Source: Eledone cirrhosa (lineage: Eukaryota). From it: DNA of 64,000 nucleotides. The DNA lies in the NCBI GenBank assembly GCA_964016885.1, contig OZ024753.1, forward strand, positions 14,136,001 to 14,200,000. The letters run 5' to 3'. Both the position numbers and the translations under genes were made by a program. Under the pieces are notes generated by a model. The model had not been told where the DNA came from. It did not search any database and saw only the letters and a program-made list of their open reading frames with translations. Below, piece by piece: positions 1 through 12,866 of the stretch (its first letter is position 1; each line of letters starts with the position of its first letter).

Positions 1-123
1 AAAAACAAAGTCTGACAAAGGGCGGAAGAACTCATAAGAGTCAACGGCCATCCAAAAGTGTGTAAATATGTATATACACATGTACCGTGCGGTTAAACCA
101 CTGGGAGTGAAGGACCCCTAGCC

Positions 124-1851
124 TGTTGGCCCTCTAGTTGATGAAACTGGCACACTCCAAGATAATGCCAAAACCATGGGCGAGATACTGCAGAAACAAT
201 ACTGCTGTTTTCAGCAATCCTGATATGGCCGATCTGGGCTGTGTCAGTGATGTTAATCCCCAACACACTATATCGGACATAACGTTTGGCGCCCCTGATG
301 TCTTAGAGGCAATAAACAAAATTAAAGACAATTCAGCAGTAAGCCCCGACAGGTTCCCTGCTTGTGTCCTGAAGGTGTGTCGACACCAACTTGCATCTCC
401 TCTTGCTAATCGGTGGAGGAACTCACTGGATACTGGCTATATTCCTGAAAACTTTCTGTCCCAGTCTTCAAAAAGGGAAATAAGTCCCTTGCAGTGAACT
501 ACTGTCCGATCTCACTCACCTCTCATATTATCAAGGTATTTGAGAGGGTGGTGAGATCATGAATAACCCACTTTCTTGAAAGCAACAGCCTGCTGAACTC
601 CAACCAACATGGGTTCCGTAATGGAAGGGACTGCCTAACACAGCTCCTGCATCACTTTGACGATGTTTTGAGAGCCTTGCGAGAGGGCTCCAACACTGAT
701 GTCATCTACCTTGATTTCAGCAAGGCCTTTGACAGGGTTGATCATAAGGTTCTACTGAAAAAACTATCCAATATTGGTGTCTCTGGAAAGTTACTACAGT
801 AGATCAAATGTTTCCTGACAGACAGAACCCAACATGTTGTAGTCGAAGGAGTAAAATTAAGCCCTGCCAAAGTCAGCAGTGGCGTCCCACAAGGCACTGT
901 GTTGGGCCTACTTCTTTTCATCATCTACATTAATGACATTACTGACATCATCAAGCACAGCAACATAAGAATCTTCGCAGATGATTCCAAGCTCCAAAGG
1001 GTCATCAGTGAGGTGGGTGACCGGACTTGCCTTCAGTCAGGCCTACTAGCTGTTATCCAATGGGCAGAAAAGAATAATATGCTGTTGAATGAGGATAAGT
1101 TTGAATTCATCCACTTTGGAAAAAAGAGTGCCCTGAAACTACCATACTCTCTTCCTTTGGATGAAACTCTAGTGGCATCCAACAACATCAGAGACCTGGG
1201 AGTAATTGTGGACAACAACATAAGCTGGGCCACTCATATACACAGCAAAGTTGACATGGCCCGCAGAATGTGTTCCTGGATTCTCAGAACCTTCCAGTCG
1301 AGAGATATCCACACTATTATCCATCTCTTCTCCACTTTTGCCCGACTCCACCTTGAATACTGTTGTCCACTGTGGTCTCCCCACATGAAACAAAGTATCA
1401 TGAAAGTTGAAGCACCCCAAAGATCAATTACAAAAAAGATAGATGGCATGACAGGCCTTGACTATTGGAGTCGGTTAGAAAAGCTCAACCTTTATTCTCT
1501 CCAATGTCGCCGTAAGTGCTATATTGTCTGCATGATGTGGAAAATATTCCATCAGCTTTGCCCAAATGATGTTGGCATCACCTTTAATGTACACCCAAGG
1601 CTTGGGCCCCGTGCTATCCGCCCATGACAAAATTCTCACTCGCATCTCATAACAACAATACGGCACAATTATTTCATCTCAATTGGCCCTGCCCTCTTTA
1701 ACATTACACCAAAACACATCAAAACAGAAACAGACCCCATCAAGTTGAAGAAGTCTTTGGACAAATTCCTTCAAGAAATCCCGGATATGCCTCCTACACC
1801 CGGATATGCCTCCATAAACAATAACTCTCTGCTCGAGTGGTCCATGGTGCC
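124..1851 (+). mobile_element. CR1/L2-group non-LTR retrotransposon ORF2 fragment (reverse transcriptase), decayed
   Basis: Translation shows RT motifs [27 protein letters not shown] and IFADDSKL, with several stops and frameshifts. Colinear with the minus-strand copy at 35238-37200. Confidence 0.93.
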
Positions 1852-2840
1852 TTTAAATAGCAAATTAGATGTGAAAGTAATGTGGAAGATTTTTTATCGG
1901 ATCTATTAAATGTATGTTTGTGATTATACCAGCGTTCTTTGAATTTTTGTAGAAGTGGTTCCTATATAGTTGAATATTTTGTCTCTAGTTTTTACTGTGC
2001 ATTTGTATATTAAGTTTTTATCTAGGCACTTATTTTGTAAAGGGCAATTAGATTCATTTCTACAGTTACATTTACGAGAGTTAATATTACTAGGAATGGT
2101 ACTATTATTATTAGTATTAATAGTGTTGTTAGTAACATTAATATTGTTATCTTGGTTTAATTGGTTTAGCTTTAAATTTAAGTTTCTATTATTAATTCTA
2201 TTTTTATTTTGTGCTATGTTCATAGTAGTAGAGTAAGATAGTTTTATAGTATGTCTGTTAAAAATAGTGTGATATCTGGGATTTAGGAAAACATTTATCC
2301 AATGCTTTGAAAAATAGTTTTGCTACAGGTATTTTAACCCCTAATGAGAATGGTGGGGGAGAGTACCAAATAATATTTCTAGTTCTAGTTCTTTTGTTTT
2401 TTTCACTATTTAACCCTTTAGCATTTACATTACTCTATGTATACTATTATATTTTCATGGTAAAGGCTTTATCTCACATAATATCGAGATTTTAAAAGTA
2501 TTTATTTTGAGAAAAATACCTTAACATAAGTTTGAGCGACCGGTTACAGCCAGTTTCAACAGAAAGAGGTAGAGAATTCTGGCCGGTTTGAACATTAAAG
2601 GGTTAAGTTAAATTGTTTATTACTATTATTATATTGAATTTTAGGAAGATTTTGCATGTTATTGTTATCTATGTATTTAATTGAATTCATGTAGCCAGCT
2701 CTATGTAAAGCATCATTGTAATATTCTGCCTTATTATCAAAAATATTTTTGTTAGCTGAAATGCGTGAAATTCATTGCTGGACACTATTGACAATAGTAT
2801 TTTTTTATATTATTAGGATGGTTACATAATTTAGTCTACG
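1852..2840 (-). mobile_element. Penelope-like element fragment (RT thumb end, linker, GIY-YIG endonuclease)
   Basis: Minus-strand translation gives ISRISANKNIF..YYNDALHRAGY, RNIIWYSPPFS, CNCRNESNCPLQNKC..LIYKC..YIGTT and YNHKHTF. Interrupted by the MITE at 2414-2602. Confidence 0.85.
2414..2602. mobile_element. piggyBac-type MITE
   Basis: TTAA|CCCTTTA...TAAAGGG|TTAA ends. Same family at 7221, 12679, 22264 and 39430. Confidence 0.8.
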
Positions 2841-2970
2841 CTTCTACTTCATTTGCATATCCATCCTAAATGATTTGAAATTTTTCTCCTTTTCTTTCAC
2901 TATCCAAATGGAACCTGAACCGATAAGGTTTCGTTTATCGGGTATGTCAATATTTATGAAACAAATTTTG

Positions 2971-3034
2971 TATTTCATCTGATGAGAGCGTACCAAAGGT
3001 TTTTTGGTACCCTTGAAATATATATAATAAAATA
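2971..3034 (+). ncRNA. Type I hammerhead ribozyme motif in a putative inverted Penelope pLTR
   Basis: tatttcat-CTGATGA (2979), stem II gtaccaaa/tttggtac, GAAA (3015), palindromic tatata, TA, then ataaaata. The downstream ~45 nt match 33723-33770. Confidence 0.65.
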
Positions 3035-3240
3035 AATATGGTTTTATAAATATAGTTTCCATTAATATCATTGATATATATATATACATACACACACACA
3101 GCCACACACACACAGCCACACACATACATGATATTCAATGCCAAGCTGTGACTTTCAAGGTAACCAATCATTTAGTCACAGTTTAATAACAACTCACACT
3201 CTCCTCCTTCCCCCCTGTATTTCACTGCTTATGCTTCATT

Positions 3241-5860
3241 CTCTACCACCGCCTCTACCACTGTGACTACCACCACCGCCTCTACCACTGTCACTACCAC
3301 CACCGCCTCTACCAGTGTCACTACCACCACCTCTACCACTGTCACTACTACTACCGCCTCTACCAGTGTCACTACCACCACCTCTACCACTATCACTACC
3401 ACCACCTCTACCACTGTCACTACTACCACCTCTACCACTGTCACTACTACTACCACCTCTAGCACTGTCACTACTACTACCGCCTCTACCACTGTCACTA
3501 CTACTACCACCTCTACCACTGTCACTACTACCACCTCTACCACTGTCTCTACTACTACCTCTACCTCTGTCACTACTACTACCACCTCTGCCACTGTCAC
3601 TACTACTACCACCTCTACCACTGTCACTACTACTACCGCCTCTACCACTGTCACTACTACTACCACCTCTACCACTGTCACTACTACTACCACCTCTAGC
3701 ACTGTCACTACTACTACCACCTCTACCACTGTCACTACTACTACCACCGCCTCTAGCACTGTCACTACTACTACCACCTCTACCACTGTCACTACTACTA
3801 CCACTGTCACTACTACTACCGCCTCTACCACTGTCACTACTACTACCGCCTCTACCACTGTCACTACTACTACCGCCTCTACCACTGTCACTACTACTAC
3901 CACCTCTACCACTGTCACTACTACCACCTCTACCACTGTCACTACTACTACCACCTCTACCACTGTCTCTACTACTACCACTCTACCACTGTCACTACTA
4001 CCACCTCTACCACTGTCACTACTACTACCACCTCTACCACTGTCACTACTACCACCTCTACCACTGTCACTACTACTACCACCTCTACCACTGTCACTAC
4101 TACTACCACCTCTACCACTGTCACTACTACCACCTCTACCACTGTCACTACTACCAGCACCTCTACCACTGTCACTACTACTACCACCTCTACCACTGTC
4201 ACTACCACCACCTCTACCACTGTCACTACTACTACCACCTCTAGCACCGTCACTACTACCACCTCTACCACTGTCTCTACTACCACCTCTACCACTGTCA
4301 CTACCACCACCTCTAACACTGTCACTACTACCACCACCTCTACCACTGTCACTACTACCACCTCTACCACTGTCACTACTACTACCTCTACCACTGTCAC
4401 TACCACCACCTCTACCACTGTCACTACTACCACCTCTACCACTGTCACTACTACCACCTCTACCACTCACTACCACCACCTCTACCACTGTCACTACTAC
4501 CACCTCTACCACTGTCTCTACTACCACCTCTACCACTGTCACTACCACCACCTCTACCACTGTCACTACCACCACCTCTACCACTGTCACTACCACCACC
4601 TCTACCACTGTCACTACTACCACCTCTACCACTGTCTCTACTACCACCTCTACCACTGTCACTACTACCACCTCTACCACTGTCTCTACACCACCTCTAC
4701 CACTGTCACTACTACCACCTCTACCACTGTCTCTACTACTACCACCTCTACCACTGTCACTACTACTACCACCTCTAGCACTGTCACTACTACTACCACC
4801 ACCTCTACCACTGTCACTACTACTACCACCGCCTCTAGCACTGTCACTACTACTACCACCTCTACCACTGTCACTACTACTACCACTGTCACTACTACTA
4901 CCGCCTCTACCACTGTCACTACTACTACCGCCTCTACCACTGTCACTACTACTACCGCCTCTACCACTGTCACTACTACTACCACCTCTACCACTGTCAC
5001 TACTACTACCACCTCTACCACTGTCACTACTACTACCACCTATACCACTGTCACTACTACTACCACCCCTACCACTGTCACTACTACCACCTCTATCACT
5101 GTCTCTACTACTACCACTCTACCACTGTCACTACTACTACCACCTCTACCACTGTCACTACTACCACCTCTACCACTGTCACTACTACTACCACCTCTAC
5201 CACTGTCACTACTACTACCACCTCTACCACTGTCACTACTACCACCTCTACCACTGTCACTACTACCAGCACCTCTACCACTGTCACTACTACTACCACC
5301 TCTACCACTGTCACTACCACTGTCACTACTACTACCACCTCTAGCACCGTCACTACTACCACCTCTACCACTGTCACTACTACTACCACCTCTACCACTA
5401 TCACTACCACCATCTCTACCACTGTCACTACTACCACCTCTACCACTGTCACTACTACTACCACCTCTACCACTGTCACTACTACCACCTCTACCACTGT
5501 CACTACTACTACCACCTCTACCACTGTCACTACTACCACCTCTACCACTGTCTCTACTACCACCTCTACCACTGTCACTACTACTACCACCTCTACCACT
5601 ATCACTACCACCACCTCTACCACTGTCACTACTACCACCTCTACCACTGTCTCTACTACCACCTCTACCACTGTCACTACTACCACCTCTACCACTGTCA
5701 CTACTACCACCTCTACCACTGTCACTACTACCACCTCTACCACTGTCACTACTACCACCTCTACCACTGTCTCTACTACCACCTCTACCACTGTCACTAC
5801 TACTACTACCACCTCTACCACTGTCTCTACTACTACCTCTACCACTGTCACTACTACCAC
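3241..5860. repeat. Minisatellite, 24/27-bp unit (CTACCACTGTCACTACTACCACCT)
   Basis: Directly visible tandem array with frame-shifting indels. Confidence 0.97.
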
Positions 5861-5904
5861 CTCGTAATGGACACAGTTATACGGAACAAGAACCATGTCC
5901 ATTA

Positions 5905-5942
5905 CGAGCTGAAGATCCGCTAAGGTGAAACAATTGTTCTTG
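5905..5942 (+). ncRNA. Minimal type I hammerhead ribozyme motif
   Basis: cgag-CTGAAGA-t-cc-gctaa-gg-t-GAAA-caatt-GTT-cttg. Same family as 8000-8037. Preceded by a 13-bp inverted repeat (5861-5873 / 5896-5908). Confidence 0.7.
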
Positions 5943-6034
5943 ATATGGTGAACTTGTTATGTTACTACTTCTACCTAACTCATCCCATGGACTGAGTGGT
6001 CTACCACTACAGATATTACCTTCCAGTGTTCTAC

Positions 6035-6079
<45 letters not shown>

Positions 6080-6104
6080 CATACATACATATATATATAT
6101 ATAT

Positions 6105-6700
6105 GGTGGCTGCCAACTCGTTTTCGAGTACGGCCACTACTTTATATCCATGTAGGAGAACCCCTACCGATGCGCTGAACGAGTGTGACTTTTTAGTCCA
6201 GCCAGCGACTTAAAAACTCTGGTACAAACACTACACTTGTGACATTTATTGACACATAGTGCTGGGCCCATGGTACCATGTGACGACAAGTGCAGAGAAA
6301 TCTCCAGATATAAAGCAATGCCTGTGCCGTGAAGCTTTTATAGTGAGCAAAGGCACTGCACAAAGCCAGTCCCACTCTCTTAACCAAGATGATATTTACC
6401 AAAAAGAAGAACAAGTCAACATCATTGGATACCATCAGGGTTGCAGGTGTTATATCAGAGTTTTTTGTTGGCGCTACTGGTAACATGTATTCCAGTACAA
6501 CCCGTCTCATGGTCGGGTCATTGGCGACTAAACTGGCAACCCCACCAAGGTTTCTTGGTGAGGAGGGTGACTTTGGACATCCTGCAGGACTAAAAACAAA
6601 ACCTGTCAAAGGGCAAAGGAGCTCTTAAGAGTCAATGGCCATCCAAAATCACCGGGAGAGATGACCCCTTAGCCTTTGTCAAGGCAGAATTCTAGGAGAA
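6105..6700 (+). repeat. Interspersed repeat, unclassified (possibly a LINE 5' region)
   Basis: 6590-6647 resembles 1-57. gcaatgcctgtgc (6315) recurs reverse-complemented at ~17616. Flanked by (TA)n. Confidence 0.45.
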
Positions 6701-6912
6701 GGAATATATATATATATATACATACATACATACATACATAGATACATACATACATATATATGTATATATATATGTGTGTGTTTGTATATATCGTTGTAGT
6801 ATTGCCAAATTTATCAATTCGTCACTCATTGAGTGCTTTGTAACAGTCTCTGATGATTCAATTGTTCATCTGCTATTGTGCAGCTACAACTTAAATTATG
6901 GTCATTATTATT

Positions 6913-7106
6913 GGTGGATTGGCAGTATCGGTAGAGGGTCGGACGCCATGCTTTCCAGCATAGTTACGTCCCTTTACGGTCTGAGTTCAAATCCCGCCGA
7001 GGTTGACTTTGCCTTTCATCCTTACGGGGTCGATAAAATAAAGTACCAGTAATGCACTGGGTAATTGCTGGCCTTGTGCCTAAAGTAGAAACAATTATTA
7101 TTATTA
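6913..7106 (+). mobile_element. SINE family B (tRNA-like head, GCCTTTCATCC..GGTCGATAAAAT core, (ATT)n tail)
   Basis: B-box GAGTTCAAATCC. Near-identical copies at 41812, 42170, 51933 and 53136; partial copies at 8195(-), 10940(-), 32570, 37875, 38105, 55490 and 60565(-). Confidence 0.88.
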
Positions 7107-7220
7107 TATTTATATACAAAATTATCAGAAAATGAAGGATATGAAATTAGTATTTATTCTTTTATTTCTACACATGTTTCAATGTGGTAATATCATATTC
7201 ATTTGCAGAATATTCTTTAA

Positions 7221-7658
7221 CCCTTTAGCATTCACATTACTCTATATATACTATTGTATTTTCATGGTAAAGGCTTTATCTCACATAATATCTCGCATAA
7301 CATTCACATTATTCTATATATGCTATTATATTTTCATGGTAAAGGCTTTATCTCGCATAATTATCTCACATAACATTCACATTATTCTATATATGCTATT
7401 ATATTTTCATGGTAAAGGCTTTATCTCACATAATTATCTCACATAACATTCACATTACTCTATATATACTATTATATTTTCATGGTAAAGGCTTTACCTC
7501 ACATAATTATCTCACATAATATCGAATCTATGAGATTTTGAAAGTATTTATTTTGAGAACAATACCTTAACATCAGTTTGAGTGGCCAGTTACAGCCAGT
7601 TTGAACAGAAAGAGGTAGAGAATTCTGGCCGGTTTTGGGCGGTTTGAACATTAAAGGG
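7221..7658. mobile_element. piggyBac-type MITE with internal tandem expansion
   Basis: TTAA|CCCTTT...AAAGGG|TTAA ends, with ~5 tandem copies of an internal ~56-69 bp segment. Confidence 0.82.
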
Positions 7659-7908
7659 TTAATGTGGATTGAGCTTCTCTCATCTTAGCAAATAGTGAAC
7701 TACGACACTATAATCACACATACTCAGATATATATATCAGGATAGAGTCGGTAAAAACCAGTTAGACCATTACTCAACAGAGTAGTAGAGTGGGTAATAG
7801 CCGTTTCAACAGCTAGATATATTTGGATCTAGCTCTTGAAAAGGCTAGACCTCAGCTGTCGGGGTCCCAAATTTTTCATATATATGTGTGTGTGCGTATA
7901 TATATATA

Positions 7909-8071
7909 TAGAAGTGGTTACACAACGGTTAGTTCACCATACCGAGAACAATTGTTTCACCTTAGCGGATCCTCAGCTCGGAATGGGCAATGGGCATAAC
8001 GAGCTGAGGATCTGCTAAGGTGAAACAATTGTTCTCGGTATGGTGAACTAACCATTGTGTAACCACTTCTA
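7909..8071. ncRNA. Fold-back element with mirror-image hammerhead motifs (7943-7980 minus, 8000-8037 plus)
   Basis: 72-bp inverted arms (2 mismatches) around a 19-nt loop. Plus-strand motif is cgag-CTGAGGA-tctgctaaggt-GAAA-caatt-GTT-ctcg. Confidence 0.75.
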
Positions 8072-8132
8072 CCTAACTCGTCCCTTGGACTGAGTGCTCT
8101 ACCACTACGGATATTACCTTCCAGTGTTCCAC

Positions 8133-8191
<59 letters not shown>

Positions 8192-8796
8192 TATAATTGT
8201 TTCTACTTTTGACACAAGGCCAGCAATTAACCAGTACATTACTGGTACTTTATTTTATCGACCCCATAAAGACAAGGCAAAGTTAACCTTGACGGGATTT
8301 GAACTAAGTTTGTAAAGAGACTTAACTCTATGCTTCCAATCCACTGCCCTAACTATTATATATATATATATAATGTAAGTAGATTCCTGAGTTGTGTCGG
8401 CGGTATAACCAGTAAAAAAAAGGACTCAATACATTGGTAGAGTGTAGGCACCTTTTTATATACATATAGAAATGACATCTACAGGGCTAGAACCCCAACA
8501 AATTTAGATTACTATCTTAGTAATAAAATAAATTATTAATAATTTATGCAAATTCTTTAAAATTCTCCATTAATTAATTGAAACAGTGTATTTCATTAGC
8601 AGTACAGTAACGGGGATTAAACACTAATATTCTTCTCATTTCATTCATAACTGTTCTTATTCTCTCATTTATTATTTTTTAACATGTTACTTCTTGCTTT
8701 TCTGCTTTTGCTTCTTTTGTTTATTTTATTTATTTATTTATTTCTTACTAAAATATTTCCCAAAGATGACCTCACAGACATTAAATGTTCTTTCAG

Positions 8797-9129
8797 AAAA
8801 AGGCGAACGACAATTCACGGCCTCTAAACCTTGATGTTAACGTGATGGCCAACCCCAATGCCGCTGGGAACATACCGCCTGCAGCTAACAACCTTAACAA
8901 CCAGCAACAGAATGTCTTAGTACCACCTGGTAACGGTGCCAATGTTAAGCCTGTGGGGTCAAATGATACTCAGAATGTGGGCATTGCACCGCCAGATAAC
9001 GCTTTGCATGGAAATAACAATGGTAAACAGAATGCTATGGGAGTAAACAATAATAACCAAAAGGACATTAACAATAACAACAACAATAATAATAATAATA
9101 ATAATAATGCCCATCATGTAATACTTTAA
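8797..9129 (+). CDS. Probable terminal coding exon of a host gene, Asn/Pro-rich C-terminus
   Basis: Acceptor ttctttcAG at 8796, then a phase-0 open frame of 110 codons (KKANDNSRPL...HHVIL*). GC-richer than the flanks and not TE-like. AATAAA at 9413. Confidence 0.6.
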   Translation, partial: KKANDNSRPLNLDVNVMANPNAAGNIPPAANNLNNQQQNVLVPPGNGANVKPVGSNDTQNVGIAPPDNALHGNNNGKQNAMGVNNNNQKDINNNNNNNNNNNNNAHHVIL

Positions 9130-9189
9130 AACTTAATGAAAATTTCTAGTATTTTCATATAAAGTTGATAAAATATGTTTGTATAAGAA

Positions 9190-9231
<42 letters not shown>

Positions 9232-9322
9232 AAAATATGTATGTATGTATAATAGTACATGTATCTGTATATATGTGTGTGTGTGCATTCGTATGTATGT
9301 GTGTGTGTGTGTGTGTTTAAAT

Positions 9323-9377
<55 letters not shown>

Positions 9378-9547
9378 ACTAACAAAAGTTATCGCTCTAC
9401 ATGGCTGAATACAATAAATGTAATGTGAATTTTTCGAATATTAATAATAATGAGGGGCTCATTCTACTGACATGGCTTAAAAGAGACTATTTGCATAATT
9501 GCAAACGAATAGAATGTTATTATTAATATTTGAAAAACTCAGATTAC

Positions 9548-9581
<34 letters not shown>

Positions 9582-9821
9582 ATATATATAAACAATTGCT
9601 GTTTATTTTGGATCTATAAAATGGGCATTCAGTCATAATATATATATTTGGTTAAGATTTTTTTATGATAAACTTTAAAAAATACATTTATATACAAAAC
9701 CTCCAACAGGAATCAAATGCATTATATTTTGCACTTATATGATGTTTCAATTTAGTATCTGGTTTAAAGCTTAACATAGGCTTATGATATCTTATGATAT
9801 TAATAATATCTTCCAAGGATT

Positions 9822-10925
9822 TAGAGAAACTCTCCAAATATAAAGATCTAGAGATAGAAATAACTCGAATGTGGAAAAGGAAAACAGAAATTATACCTAT
9901 AATAATAGGTGCTCTGGTAATGATAAAAAATACACAGACAGATACATAACCAAAACCCCAGGACTTACAAATATATACAGCATACAAAAATAGCACTACT
10001 AGGTACTGTATATATATAGAGAGAGAGTACCACATGACATACAAATATATACAGCATACAAAAGATAGCACTACTAGGCACTGTATATATATTATATAGA
10101 GTACCACAGGACTTACAAATATATACTGTATATATATTATAGAGTACCACAGGACTTACAAATATATACAGCATACAAAAGATAGCACTACTAGGTACTG
10201 TATATATATATATTATATAGAGTACCACAGGACTTACAAATAAATACAGCATACAGTAGATAGCACTACTAGGTACTGTATATTATATAGAGTACCCCAG
10301 GACTTACAAATATATACAGCATACAAAAGATAGCACTACTAGGTACTGTATATATATCATATAGAGTACCCCAGGACTTACAAATATATACAACATACAA
10401 AAGATAGCACTACTAGGTACTGTATATATATTATATAGAGTACCACAGGACTTACAAATATATACAGCATACAAAAGATAGCACTACTAGGTACTATATA
10501 TATATTATATAGAGTACCCCAGGACTTACAAATATATACAGCATACAAAAGATAGCACTACTAGGTACTGTATATATATTATATAGAGTACCACAGGACT
10601 TACAAATATATACAGCATACAGTAGATAGTACTACTAGGTACTGTATATATATATTATATAGAGTACCACATGACTTACAAATAAATACAGCATAGAGTA
10701 GATAGTACTACTAGGTACTGTATATATATATTATATAGAGTACCACATGACTTACAAATATATACAGCATACAAAAGATAGCACTACTAGGCACTGCACA
10801 CATATTACGAAAACTACTATCAATACAATAGAAACAACACCAGCAAAAACTACACTGCACATACCCAAGGTGCACAGAGCTGTGCTCAGTGAAGCAGCAA
10901 TGATGCATAATAAGAATAATAATAA
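9822..10925 (+). mobile_element. R4/Dong-like (restriction-like endonuclease) LINE 3' end, internally expanded into a minisatellite
   Basis: EKLSKYKDLEIEITRMW..IIPIIIGAL ... IQKIALLGTAHILRKLLSIQ*, followed by a short UTR and a (TAA)n tail. Confidence 0.85.
9958..10796. repeat. ~74-bp minisatellite, ~11 units
   Basis: Unit caggacttacaaatatatacagcatacaaaagatagcactactaggtactg(ta)n..gagtacca. Confidence 0.93.
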
Positions 10926-11298
10926 TGGAAATAATTATAATAATTGTATCTACTTTTGGCACAAGGCCAGCTATATCCCCAATAATAATAATAATAATAA
11001 TAATTGTTTCTACTTTTGGCACAAGGCCAGCAATTACCCAATGCATTACTGGTACTTTATTTTATTGACCTCATTAGGATGAAAGGCAAAGTTAACCTCG
11101 ACCGGATTTAATAATAATAATAATATATAAATGCACACACTTGCACACATTAAGGTATATCTAATTTCTCTGTAAAAGATGATACTTTCTTATTTCAAGC
11201 TATTAAGTTTTTCTAACACAATCTTTGAGTTTATTTCTCATTATTATTTGACATTTTTTTTGTTTATATATATCTCTCTATATATATATATATATATA

Positions 11299-11694
11299 GG
11301 AAGGTGCATGGCTTAGTGGTTAAAGCATTGGGCTTGCAATCGAAAGATTGAGAGTTCAATTCTCGGACCGGGTGATGCGTTGTTTCCTTGAGCAAGACAC
11401 TTTATTTCACATTGCTCCAGTTTACTCAGCTGTAGAAATGAGATGATAGGGACTGGGGTCCCTATCATTCCACTGCAAAGTGGTCGTGGAGGTGCCACGG
11501 GAAAAAAAGCACCCAGCACTCACTGTAAATGAGGTTGGTGTTAGGAAGGGCATCCAGCTGTAGAAATCAAGCCAGAATCAGTTCCCGTATGAGCAAGACA
11601 AGGTCAGCCGATCAGACACTGCCCACAACAGGACAACCCGTCTAACCCATGCTAGCATGGAAGAACAGATGTAAAATGGTGATGATGACGATGA
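11299..11694 (+). mobile_element. SINE family A (tRNA-derived head, RTE-like tail, (GAT)n)
   Basis: A-box TGGCTTAGTGG and B-box GAGTTCAATTC; longer tail variant than the other copies. Confidence 0.9.
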
Positions 11695-12184
11695 TATCTG
11701 GGTTGGTTAAAATTTCCTGAGATCCATGGACAAGTTCTCTCCATCATCACCGCCATGTCCTGCGACTCCACTGTAGTAACGAAGAGATTCTAATTATTTT
11801 AATCTTTAATTAGTTTCCCTCATTAGACTACAGACATAGTATGGCACTTCTCTCAAGGGATTCTGTTGGTCACGTCAATCTCAGTACTTAGATTTTTGTT
11901 TAATACTTATTTCATTGATCTTATTTTTTTTTGTTGAACTGGTAGGTTATGGGATATATGCAAATATGGGCACAAACTTATATATATGGGTGTAAGACCG
12001 GTGTGGTGGGGTTTGACAGGGTAATAAAAATGTGGGAATTATCCTTAGTAGTGTGTGGGAAGGGGTGTACAGTAATGGTGGAGTCATTTCTAAGGAACAA
12101 CAATGAGAAAGGGGTTGTCAGATCATATTTTTATGCTGGCAGGAGAGGAGTCTTCTCCAGTACTATTTGATACCAGTCTTTGTG

Positions 12185-12650
12185 CTCCTTTGTCATCTCT
12201 GTCATGAGATTTAGACTTCTTAAGGTCACTCTTCACTATTTTAACCCATGTCTTCATAGGTCTATCTCTTTCACAAGTCGCAACTACTGAAATTTCTCTC
12301 TCTTTACACAGCTGTTATCTTCCACATCACATGTCCGTACCATTGCAGTCTTCATTTTTTCACACCACATCCATTGACTCTTATACAGAGCTTTTCTCTC
12401 ATCTCACTGATAGTATGTCATTATACCTCCACCTGAGCATGCTTGATTCATTTCTACAGTCTTCTACAGTCTAAACCCATGTCCAACTGCTATGTAGCAT
12501 TGTGGTTCACATACAGGCATCATACAGTCTACCCTTCACTTTGAGGGAGAAGCTCTTTGTTGTCAGCAGAAGTTCTAGCTCCCTAAACTTCATCCAGTCC
12601 GTTCTTGTTCTGGCTACCACACTTTCAGAGCATTTTCCATTGCTACTGAA
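12185..12650 (-). mobile_element. Old RTE LINE 3' fragment
   Basis: Minus strand aligns by eye to 45680-46170 (aagtttagggag..., aagggtagactgtatgatgcctgt). Confidence 0.7.
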
Positions 12651-12678
12651 ATTATAAGTAATCATTCATATTTATTAA

Positions 12679-12866
12679 CCCTTTAACATTTACATTACTC
12701 TATATATACTATTGTATTTTCATGGTAAAGACTTTATCTCACATAATATCGAATCTATGAGATTTTGGTATTATTTATTTTGAGAACAATACCTCAACAT
12801 CAGCATGAGTGGCCAGTTTTTACAGAAAGAAGTCAGAGAATTCAGGCTGGTTTAAATGCTAAAGAG
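12679..12866. mobile_element. piggyBac-type MITE
   Basis: TTAA|CCCTTT...AAAGAG|TTAA, same body as 2414-2602. Confidence 0.75.

Noticed and set aside
3229-5902. Long Thr/Ser-rich mucin-like ORFs
   Set aside because: Pure tandem repeat with frame-switching indels, open in several frames, and no clear splice acceptor.
11299-11375. tRNA genes at SINE heads
   Set aside because: A and B boxes are present but each continues into a SINE body and tail, so these are SINE heads, not stand-alone tRNA genes.
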